Assembly (NCBI GenBank): GCA_000092065.1
Contig: CP000596.1
Direction: 5' to 3' (one strand)
Length of the DNA stretch: 64,000 nucleotides
Source: Ostreococcus lucimarinus
Taxonomy: Eukaryota
Shown: positions 56,555 through 64,000 of the stretch, one piece after another
Position numbering within the stretch: the stretch's first letter is position 1
Layout: each line of letters starts with the position of its first letter
Notes under the pieces: generated by a model
The model's database searches: none
The model's input: only the letters and a program-made list of their open reading frames with translations
Told to the model about the DNA's origin: nothing
Translations under genes and position numbers: made by a program

Positions 56555-57238
56555 ATGCGCGACGTCGAGCGCGCGCCGACGCGCGCGACGCCGCCGTCGT
56601 CGCCCGCGCGGCGCGCGACGGCGCGGAAGAGCGACGGCGGCGACGGCGCGCGGTCGTCGAACGACGCGCTCGAGCGCGAGAAAGGTCGCGAGTGGGACGA
56701 CGCGCGCGACGACGCGAGCGACGACGACGACGACGCGCGCGACGCGTACGTGATGCCGCCGTCGATCTGTCGACCGCTGGTGTACACGAGCTGGTTTCCG
56801 CTGGCGCCGGCGTGCGCGGCGATGGCGCGCGCGCCGCGGGACGCGCGCGCGCGGGGACTGGCGGCGCTGAGCGCGGCGCTGATCGTGAGCAGTTTCGGAC
56901 ACTGGCGGGCGCCGAAGTGGGACAGCCCGAGGCGGTACTTCGATCTGTTCGTCGTGTGGGCGTCGGTGGGGTACGGGTGCTGGTTGGCGACGACGATGGA
57001 GTGGGCGTACGCGCGCGGGTGGTGGTGCGGCATGCCGTTGGTGGGCGCGGCGTTCGTGGCGAACGAGACGGCGTTTCATCGAGAGTTGCGCGCGTGGAAG
57101 ACGTGTGGGGGGGCGACGAGGGCGCATCGGTGGTTTATTTATCGTCGGACGACGTGGACGCATCTCGTCGGCGTGCACGCGGGGAGCTCGACGGCGGCGA
57201 CGTGGCTCGCGTTGGGCGTCGCCGGCAGTCGCGGTTAG
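56555..57238 (+). CDS. hypothetical multi-pass membrane protein
   Basis: 227 aa. Charged N-terminus, then four hydrophobic segments with conserved-looking W/H residues (..SSFGHWRAPKWD..YGCWLATTMEWAYARGWW..). Family not recognised. Confidence 0.3.
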   Translation: MRDVERAPTRATPPSSPARRATARKSDGGDGARSSNDALEREKGREWDDARDDASDDDDDARDAYVMPPSICRPLVYTSWFPLAPACAAMARAPRDARARGLAALSAALIVSSFGHWRAPKWDSPRRYFDLFVVWASVGYGCWLATTMEWAYARGWWCGMPLVGAAFVANETAFHRELRAWKTCGGATRAHRWFIYRRTTWTHLVGVHAGSSTAATWLALGVAGSRG

Positions 57239-57283
57239 TTTTATTCGTAGCGCATCAAGTCATCTAAATAGTAAATAGCACAT

Positions 57284-59494
57284 CTATGGTTTGTCGCTGC
57301 TGAATCGAGGCTCGTTGGCGACGCCAGAGGCGACGTCGGGGTCGTTCGCCGCCGCTTCGTAGTAACTATTCGGCAAGCCGAGCCAATACTTCCACATTTC
57401 TAATCCGCGGTTCCACTCCACGGGAGTTTCTTGCACCGGGCACGGATCATCATCGCTCGCCAAGTCGAACTCTGTCGATGTCGAAAGGACACCGTCGGTT
57501 GTGATGGCGCTCTCGGCGGCGCGACGCCTCAGCTCGCGACTTTTCGTCGCCCGGCGACGCGGGTTGACTCGCCCGGCGACGCCTTCGGATTTCGCCTCGA
57601 CGGCAGCCTTGAGAACAAATCGCAGTGTTCGTGATTCTTTCGCCGACGCTCCTCCCGCTGCTTGTAAATCCGCGATGACGCACTCGGCAATGTCCGACAT
57701 TCCGTGCAAACCGCAACCGTAGATGAGCGACTTTCGCATGCGAGCGTCCGGCGCCAGTCCAGCCGACTTTACGCACAAATTGTACACCTTAAAAGCCTCG
57801 CCCACGTTCCCTAGGCGAATGTACCCTTCTAATATCGAGCCGTACGTGGATACGTTGGGCGTGATGTTCTTCGCCTTCATGCCTTCGAGCGTCTCGACGG
57901 CGCGGCACATGTCGCCTTGACGCGCGTAGGCGTTGATTAAGCAATTGTACACGCCGACGTCCTCGACGACTTGTGGATCGGTTTCCAATTCGGCGATCAC
58001 CCATTGCGTCGCCGAGTCGTCCCCGACTTGCACGAAATACTTCAGCAGCGTCGTGTACGTCACGACATCGGGCTTCAAACCAGATTCTGATATCTCGCGC
58101 AAAATGTTCCACGCCTCGGCGGGAGCGCGAGCATTGATGCACGCGTCAATCAACGTGTTGTACGTCACCAAATCCGGTGGCACGCCGTCGTCTCGCATCC
58201 TATCAAACATCTCACGCGCACGTCGGAGAACTTCATCCGTGCGATCCGCCTTGCCGATGCCGCGCACGACGCCCTTGAGCAAGGAATTGTACGTCACGAC
58301 GCTCGGCTTGATTTTTGCGCGGCGCATCTCCGCCAGCGCCGTCTCGGCGAGCCCAATTTGCGCGCTTTTCGCCAAGCCGTCGATGAGTGTGGAATATGTG
58401 TACACGTTCGGCTTGACGCCGTCTCGAGCCATCCGACGAAGGAGCTCGTCCGCCTCGACCACTCGTCCCGAGTGCGCCAATCCTTGCACGAGCGCCGTGT
58501 ACGCCTGCACCCCGGGCCGACGTTCGACGCGCGGAGAGAATCGTACGCCCTGCTCAAGCGTATCCATGGCTAAATCTAATCTATCGCAGCTCACGTAGGC
58601 GTTCACTTTCGCCCCCCACGTCGCTTGATTCGGCGTCACGCCGAGCGTACGCATCGCCATCGAGCTCGCCTCGACGCCTCGTAAATTCTTCTCTCGCCCG
58701 TACCCGGTGATCAGCGTGTTAAACAATCTCGGTCCCGCCCTGACGCCTTCTGCAGTCATCTCCCTCAGCACGCGTTCCGCCTCCTCCACGCGCCCTTCGC
58801 TGACGTACGCCCCCACGCCCGCCGCGAACGCCGCTCCGTCCAACCGCAGCGGCGTCGCCCGCAACATCAACCACACCTCCACCGGACTCGGCGTCGCTCG
58901 CGCCTTCCCACTCGCTCTCGCATTCGCCGCACACCGACTCAACGCCGCGATCACATCCGTGTACGTTCGCAGCGTCGCGTGTTCATCGCTCGTCGCTCCC
59001 GGACCCTTCTTCGCAATCGCGTAAAACGCTCGCGTCGTCGCCAGCGTCACCGACGCATCGTCCCTCACCCCGCATCCCAGCCGCGCCACTCTTTCGAACG
59101 TTTTAGCTCTCACGCACGTTTTACACTTCGCCTTCGCGCACGCCTGCTCGACTTCGCGTATCAGCGCGCACGCCTTTTTCGCGCGCCGCGCCGCGTCCCG
59201 CTCGCTCGTCCCCGCGCCGTCGTCCCGCGTCAGCGCTTCGAGCGCGCCTTCGATCGCGCGCGCGTCGAGCGCGTCGAATCCATCGCGCGCGCCGTTTCGC
59301 ACCGCTTGGACGGACGCGAGCGCGCTCGCGAGCGCGCGCGCGGTGGTTTCGTCGTCCGGCGGCGGCGTGACGTCGCGCGTTTTCGCGCGCGCCGAGCGCG
59401 CCGCGCGGCCGCTCGTCGACGGCGCGCACCGCGCCGCTCGCGAGAGCGACGGCCGCGATGGCGCGCGCGCGCCGAGCGCGAGCGCGAGCGCCAT
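57284..59494 (-). CDS. pentatricopeptide repeat (PPR) protein
   Basis: Ten or more P-type PPR motifs (..VTYNSLLKGVVRG.., ..LVTYNTLIDACINAR.., ..DVVTYTTLLKYFVQ.., ..VYNCLINAYARQG..). N-terminal presequence. Confidence 0.8.
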   Translation of the reverse strand: MALALALGARAPSRPSLSRAARCAPSTSGRAARSARAKTRDVTPPPDDETTARALASALASVQAVRNGARDGFDALDARAIEGALEALTRDDGAGTSERDAARRAKKACALIREVEQACAKAKCKTCVRAKTFERVARLGCGVRDDASVTLATTRAFYAIAKKGPGATSDEHATLRTYTDVIAALSRCAANARASGKARATPSPVEVWLMLRATPLRLDGAAFAAGVGAYVSEGRVEEAERVLREMTAEGVRAGPRLFNTLITGYGREKNLRGVEASSMAMRTLGVTPNQATWGAKVNAYVSCDRLDLAMDTLEQGVRFSPRVERRPGVQAYTALVQGLAHSGRVVEADELLRRMARDGVKPNVYTYSTLIDGLAKSAQIGLAETALAEMRRAKIKPSVVTYNSLLKGVVRGIGKADRTDEVLRRAREMFDRMRDDGVPPDLVTYNTLIDACINARAPAEAWNILREISESGLKPDVVTYTTLLKYFVQVGDDSATQWVIAELETDPQVVEDVGVYNCLINAYARQGDMCRAVETLEGMKAKNITPNVSTYGSILEGYIRLGNVGEAFKVYNLCVKSAGLAPDARMRKSLIYGCGLHGMSDIAECVIADLQAAGGASAKESRTLRFVLKAAVEAKSEGVAGRVNPRRRATKSRELRRRAAESAITTDGVLSTSTEFDLASDDDPCPVQETPVEWNRGLEMWKYWLGLPNSYYEAAANDPDVASGVANEPRFSSDKP

Positions 59495-59680
59495 CGCCGC
59501 GGAGTGCGGTCGAACGACGGCGAATGGGCGATTGAGGAGTTGGATAGAGGCGGGACGACCGGGACGCGCGCGCGACGCGACGACGAAGCGCGGTCGACGA
59601 GGGCGAACGATCGAGACGGAAACGGAGAAAGAATGATGATTGAACGCGAGCGAAACGACGCTAAGGGCGGTCGGGCGCGG

Positions 59681-60937
59681 TCAACAGCACGCGCCGCCGG
59701 CGGGGGCGGCGCTGGATGAGGCGGCGACGGGCGACGGACCGCAATCGAACAAGCCGTAGTGCGTGGAGCGGTCGCCGACGAGGGTGAAGTACTTGCCGAG
59801 CCAGGTCTCGCCGACCATGGATCCCGTGTTCCCGCACACGAGCATGGGTTTGTTCTTTTCGAATCGGTGATGGTCGTCGAGTTGGTACGCGTTCGGCGCG
59901 CCCGGTAAGCCGCCGTTGTACACGGCGTATTGGCCGTAGTCTTCGCAGAGCGTCTCCAAGCAACCCGGGGGAAGCTTGAACAGGCGGTAGGTGATGGAGT
60001 AGAACTTGGCCTCGCCCAAAAGTTCTGCGAGCGCGGGATCGCGCACTTCGATCTCGTGACCGGCCAAAACGCGCGGATCGGTAAAGCCGACGGCTTGGCA
60101 AAGACGCTTGAAGTCTTCGACGTACATGGCGCCGCCGAGGCACTCGCCGAGTAAAATTTCGTGCGAGCGCAAATCTTCCTGAAGTCTTCGGTCGCAGTAC
60201 ACGTCGCTGAAGTAAAACTCGCCGCCGTTCGCCAAGACGCGGTACGCCTCGCTCAACACCGCGGGCTTATCGGGGCTCAGATTGATGACGCAGTTGCTGA
60301 TGATCATGTCCACCGACGCGTCGGGCACCCCCGCGGCTTTCAAATCCTCAATGGTTCCCTTCTCAAATCGCATGTTCGCCTTCGCGTACCCGAGCGTCTT
60401 CGTGCAGTATTCATCCACGTATTTTCTCGCCACCTCCAACTGTCCATCCGTCATGTCCACTCCCAACACGCTTCCGTTTTCGCCGACGAGCTTCGCCGCG
60501 ACGTAACAGTCTCGTCCGCTTCCGCTTCCCAAATCCAGCACGCGCAGTCCATCGATCCCGATCGGCGTCGGACTACCGCATCCGTAGTATTTCGCCTTGA
60601 CCTCATCCGGCACCTCTCGCAGCGCCTCGCGCACGGCTTTCGGGATTTGTTCGCTCGGCGTGCAGCACGCGCTCGTCTTCAAGTCGTCGCTCGTGCTCAG
60701 CGTCTCGCCGTAGTACTTTTGCACGCTCGCGCGCACGCTCGCGTCGCCGCCCGGTGCGATGATCGTGGCGCCGAGCAGCGCGTCCAGGGCGCCGCTCGAG
60801 CTCGAGCTCGCGCGCGCCCGCGCGCGCGTTCGAGCCGACGTCGCGCGCGGTGACGTCGCGCTCGAGCGCGACGAATCGCGACGGCGCGTCGCGCGCGTCG
60901 CGCGCGCGGGCGCGGCGGTGACGGTCGCGGACGCCAT
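59681..60937 (-). CDS. arsM: arsenite S-adenosylmethionine methyltransferase (ArsM/AS3MT-like)
   Basis: Start MASATVTAAPARA.. N-terminal Cys pair (..TSACCTPSEQ), SAM-binding VLDLGSGSGRDCY..VLGVDMTDGQL, and downstream conserved Cys residues. Confidence 0.75.
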   Translation of the reverse strand: MASATVTAAPARATRATRRRDSSRSSATSPRATSARTRARARASSSSSGALDALLGATIIAPGGDASVRASVQKYYGETLSTSDDLKTSACCTPSEQIPKAVREALREVPDEVKAKYYGCGSPTPIGIDGLRVLDLGSGSGRDCYVAAKLVGENGSVLGVDMTDGQLEVARKYVDEYCTKTLGYAKANMRFEKGTIEDLKAAGVPDASVDMIISNCVINLSPDKPAVLSEAYRVLANGGEFYFSDVYCDRRLQEDLRSHEILLGECLGGAMYVEDFKRLCQAVGFTDPRVLAGHEIEVRDPALAELLGEAKFYSITYRLFKLPPGCLETLCEDYGQYAVYNGGLPGAPNAYQLDDHHRFEKNKPMLVCGNTGSMVGETWLGKYFTLVGDRSTHYGLFDCGPSPVAASSSAAPAGGACC

Positions 60938-61119
60938 CGTTCGCGCGCGCGTGGATTTCGGCGCTCGCGCGCGCTCGCGTCGATCGCGCGCGCGTCGGTG
61001 TGGAGATCGCGCGTCGACGCGCGCGGGTCGAGTCGGGACGCGCGAGCGGCGGCGAAGCGCGCGAACGAAGGCATCGCGATGGTGACGACCGCGGCCGGCG
61101 GCGTCGAACATTGATGACG

Positions 61120-62658
61120 CTAATTAAATCCCGCGATGACGTTTTCGGTGCCCCACTTGCCCCAGTCCGGGAGCGCGGCCGACGCCTCGTTCACGGCGTC
61201 GACGAGGGCGCGCACCAAATCGTTGTTCATGCCCTTCGGCGGGTCGGGGATCTTTTTGGGAGGGTACGCGTGGGAGTACGAACGCTTGTCGAAACGCCAG
61301 GCGCCGATTTTCCCCGGAGTGAAGACGCCGTCTAAGTCGTAATCCATGCCGTAGGTGAAGTGGATGGAGATGAAGTCGCCGACGGCCTTGTCCCACGGCG
61401 GCTGCGCCGCCATTTGCGGTCGCAAATCGTGCGAGATCCCGAGCTTGTACGCGGCTAACGTGTATCCGTACATCTCGATCACCCATCCCCACGCCGCTTT
61501 GGCGTCTTTGTCTTTTTGTAGCGCCACCGACATCTCCGCCCACGCCGGGGCGAGACGCTCGAGGTCGTCTTTTCTAATGAACACGGGCGAGCTGCCGATA
61601 CCGTCGATATCCTTCATCTCTTCATCCGTGATTCCCGGCAAAAACCGCCTGACGATGTCCGGTTTCTCTTTGGGATTGATGTAAAAGAATGGAAACGCCG
61701 CCGGCGTGTCGCCGCGCATCAAGTTTGGCACGGGTTTAATGTACAAGTGGTCCGGCTCCGCCATCAAGATGAAGTCTTCTTCGATTTGCGGACACTTTTC
61801 AAAAAACTGCACGAACGCAAACGGGCGGCTCAAGACCACGAACCCTAACTCATCCTCTAATCTATCCACGATGCACGTCGGAATTTCGTCCTCTAACCCA
61901 TCCGCGACGTCGTGAAGCACGCGCGTGAACCCGCCCATCTGCCCGTTCGGTCCTTGCGCGGCTTTTTGCTTTTGAAAGTGATAATACATCACCCGCGCCT
62001 GCCACCCCTGATACACCGCATTATTCGTCGTCATCACCACGTGAAACTTTCGCGACGGATCGGGATCGCCCCGCATGTCATCCTGCACGTATATCGATCC
62101 GCTCGTCCACGGATTACCGCCGCCCTCCGTCCCCGTCGTCATCGTCGCGCGCGCCTGCTTCTTCAACCAACACGACTTGTGAGGTTGTCCCAGGCACCCG
62201 CTCTCGAATCCACACCACACGAACACCGTGCATCCTTCGTCTCGCATCTCCACGCACGCGTCGTGACACGCCTCGGCGCTGTCTTTCAGGAACTTGTCTC
62301 CCCACTTGACGACGTCGCCGCCGGCTTCGAAGCCTTCGCGCGGTTGAAAGCCGCTCAGCTTCAACGTCTCCGCGCGCGCGCGACGCGTCGTCCGCGCGCG
62401 CGGTCCGACGCGCGCGGTCGCCACCGACGACGGTTCGGCCTCGCTCGGCGATTCGGGCGCGTCGACGCGCGCGCTCGACGTCGAGCGCGCGTCGAGCGGC
62501 GCATCGATGGATGTCAAAGTTTCGCGCGCTGTTCGCGCGCGCGACGGCGGACGAGGCGGTGATTTCACCGCGGGGTAACCCGTGAACGCGATGTACGCCA
62601 AGCACAGCGCGAACGCGGCGCGCGCGAGCCCGCGACGGCGAGGTTTCGCCGCCGGCAT
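61120..62658 (-). CDS. hydroxyproline O-arabinosyltransferase (HPAT, GT95-like) with signal anchor and N-terminal Cys-rich module
   Basis: Start MPAAKPRRRGLARAAFALCLAYIAFTG (type-II anchor), then a Cys-rich segment (..ACHDACVEMRDEGCTVFVWCGFESGC..SCW). HPAT core blocks follow: ..YQGWQARVMYYHF.., GPNGQMGGFTRVLH, ..FILMAEPDHLYIKPVPNL..AAFPFFYINPKE.., ..GWVIEMYGY.., ..AQPPWD.., ..HFTYGMDYD.., ..IGAWRFDKRSY.. Confidence 0.75.
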   Translation of the reverse strand: MPAAKPRRRGLARAAFALCLAYIAFTGYPAVKSPPRPPSRARTARETLTSIDAPLDARSTSSARVDAPESPSEAEPSSVATARVGPRARTTRRARAETLKLSGFQPREGFEAGGDVVKWGDKFLKDSAEACHDACVEMRDEGCTVFVWCGFESGCLGQPHKSCWLKKQARATMTTGTEGGGNPWTSGSIYVQDDMRGDPDPSRKFHVVMTTNNAVYQGWQARVMYYHFQKQKAAQGPNGQMGGFTRVLHDVADGLEDEIPTCIVDRLEDELGFVVLSRPFAFVQFFEKCPQIEEDFILMAEPDHLYIKPVPNLMRGDTPAAFPFFYINPKEKPDIVRRFLPGITDEEMKDIDGIGSSPVFIRKDDLERLAPAWAEMSVALQKDKDAKAAWGWVIEMYGYTLAAYKLGISHDLRPQMAAQPPWDKAVGDFISIHFTYGMDYDLDGVFTPGKIGAWRFDKRSYSHAYPPKKIPDPPKGMNNDLVRALVDAVNEASAALPDWGKWGTENVIAGFN

Positions 62659-62732
62659 CGCGGCGCGCTGTGCGGCGCGACGCGCGAGACGCGAAGACTG
62701 GAGATTACACGCGCGACGCGCGCGCGACGAAT

Positions 62733-63752
62733 CTACGACGACGATCGCGGCGACGTCGGCGATGCGATGACTGGTAACTCGACGTCCGACTCGCGACCGG
62801 CGACGCCGGCTTCGACCGCCGAATCTCTCGCGGCGGCGGCGGCGCGCGCGGCGGCTTCGTCCGACTCGGCGATTTCCCTCGCGAACGTCTTCGCGCTCTC
62901 GTCCTCGCTCACTCGCGCGTCGAAGCGCACGCGCGGAGGCCCTATTTTCGCGAACCACACCTCGTAGCAATTCTTCAACACGCTCCCGGTGTTGTACGGA
63001 TTCGCTCGCCAACCGTGCGCGTCTCTAAAATTCTCGTACGTCGTCTGATTCGTCGACACTAAATACGCGTGAAAACAACTCAACGCCCCCACGAACACGA
63101 ACGCCACGAACGCCACGAAGAACACCGCGATCGCCGCCCCAGATTTCTTCATCCCTCGATAGCTCACGCTGTATCCGCACGTCGTCATCGTGAACGCGCA
63201 CAGCGCCGTCGTCCCGTACGTAAACATCAAAAACGCCCTATAATTTCTCTTCCCGATCGTCGTCCCCGTCCACGGGCAGTGATGATCGAACTTTTCCACG
63301 CAATCGTTGCACACGCTGCAGTGATGCGCGCGCGGCGGTTGGAAGTACCCGCACGTGTCGTTCCACCTCGTCGTCGTCGTCCGTCCCGTCGTCGCCACCG
63401 TCGTCTCCCTCGTCTTCCCTCGCATCGAGCTCGTCCGCCCATCGCGCGCCAATCGCGGCAGAATTCCGGGATCCGTCAGCGCCGTCTTCGCCAACCATCC
63501 CAGGCACCACGCCGGCAGCGCCACGCCGCACGCGAGCGTCCACGCGCCGAGTTTCCGTCGCAACAGCGGTTCGATGACGACCAGAAGATTCACGAGCGAC
63601 GGCGCCGCGATCAGCGCCGCGGTGCACAGCGCCGCGCGCGGCCGCGGACCGGCGACGCATCGTCCATCGCACGCGAACGTCTCGTTTCCGGGCCAGCGCT
63701 CGTGCACGCGAGGCGACGGCGCGGCGATTTCGGAATCCGGCGACCGGGACAT
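62733..63752 (-). CDS. DHHC-type protein S-acyltransferase (palmitoyltransferase)
   Basis: ..CGYFQPPRAHHCSVCNDCVEKFDHHCPWTGTTIGKRNYRAF.. (DHHC-CRD) with four TM helices. Start at M 63752. Its stop is 75 bp from the HPAT start codon. Confidence 0.8.
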   Translation of the reverse strand: MSRSPDSEIAAPSPRVHERWPGNETFACDGRCVAGPRPRAALCTAALIAAPSLVNLLVVIEPLLRRKLGAWTLACGVALPAWCLGWLAKTALTDPGILPRLARDGRTSSMRGKTRETTVATTGRTTTTRWNDTCGYFQPPRAHHCSVCNDCVEKFDHHCPWTGTTIGKRNYRAFLMFTYGTTALCAFTMTTCGYSVSYRGMKKSGAAIAVFFVAFVAFVFVGALSCFHAYLVSTNQTTYENFRDAHGWRANPYNTGSVLKNCYEVWFAKIGPPRVRFDARVSEDESAKTFAREIAESDEAAARAAAAARDSAVEAGVAGRESDVELPVIASPTSPRSSS

Positions 63753-63792
63753 CGTTCGCGCGTCGCGCTGTGGCGGCACGGCGCGACGCGCG

Positions 63793-64000
63793 ATGCGCGC
63801 CGACGCGCGCGCGGGCGAAGGCGCGAGACTGTTGGCGGCGTTCGCGACGCGCGTCGTCCCGCGATTGGCGCGCGCGCGCGCGCACAAGGGGTCGCACGGC
63901 GGGAAGATCGCCGTCGTCGGTGGGAGCGAACTGTACGCGGGCGCGCCGTACTTCGCGAGCGCGGCGGCGATGCGCGCGGGGTGCGATCTGTGTCACGTGT
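63793..64000 (+). CDS. ATP-dependent NAD(P)H-hydrate dehydratase (YjeF C-terminal / CARKD-like), 5' part only
   Basis: MRADARAGEGARLLAAFATRVVPRLARARAHKGSHGGKIAVVGGSELYAGAPYFASAAAMRAGCDLCHV matches the YjeF_C N-terminal region. The gene runs off the window end. Confidence 0.55.
   Translation, partial: MRADARAGEGARLLAAFATRVVPRLARARAHKGSHGGKIAVVGGSELYAGAPYFASAAAMRAGCDLCHV

Noticed and set aside
1-64000. Transposons or retroelements: looked for reverse transcriptase (YxDD), integrase (DDE, HHCC), transposase and long terminal or inverted repeats
   Set aside because: No such motifs appear in any of the six-frame translations. The only notable dispersed repeat is the 24-bp pair at 38.6 and 41.3 kb, reported as a finding

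Overview
This window is a GC-rich (~65%), gene-dense, intron-poor piece of eukaryotic nuclear DNA. It looks like a picoplanktonic green alga (Mamiellophyceae / Micromonas-like), not a prokaryote. About 45 protein-coding genes sit on both strands at roughly one gene per 1.4 kb, separated by short AT-rich gaps. The green-algal assignment rests on: a plant-type [2Fe-2S] ferredoxin with transit peptide, a CP12-like protein, a PPR protein, Whirly, a BELL-class TALE homeobox, a hydroxyproline O-arabinosyltransferase (HPAT), 14-3-3, spliceosomal GT..AG introns (donor GTGCGY / GTGAGT, acceptor GCGCGCAG), and TGTAA motifs after several stop codons. Other recognisable genes include a MATE efflux transporter, MoaE, RsuA- and RluA-type pseudouridine synthases, a torsin-like AAA+ ATPase, WDR36/UTP21, FKBP, a DDX11/ChlR1-type helicase, a NOX/FRE-family NADPH oxidase, a GATA zinc finger, an OTU protease, ChrA, a BIG/GBF Sec7 ArfGEF, PFK2/FBPase-2, dCMP deaminase, a fused PDH E1 alpha-beta, an EBP-like membrane protein, ankyrin, a UAA transporter, RING-H2, TPR, an ArsM-type arsenite methyltransferase, DHHC and an NNR dehydratase. 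There are no CRISPR arrays, prokaryotic defence systems, reverse transcriptases or transposases. Observations worth follow-up: (1) a tRNA-Gly(GCC) gene split by two ~100-nt introns, one of which has spliceosome-like GTGAGT...CAG ends; (2) a 2.7-kb two-gene unit beside that tRNA, bounded by a perfect 24-bp direct repeat, encoding a novel Cys-rich type-II membrane protein; (3) unusual single-ORF fusions (DnaJ J-domain + MECR-like enoyl reductase; PDH E1 alpha + beta) and a tandem CP12-like protein; (4) a recurring TTCATTCAT-type motif directly 3' of stop codons; (5) very tight head-to-head gene pairs. The ORF track uses alternative start codons: several listed 'M' residues are GTG or TTG, which exposed exon continuations. 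All calls come from reading translations and motifs only. No BLAST or HMM search could be run. Coordinates of internal starts and splice sites may be off by 1-2 nt.
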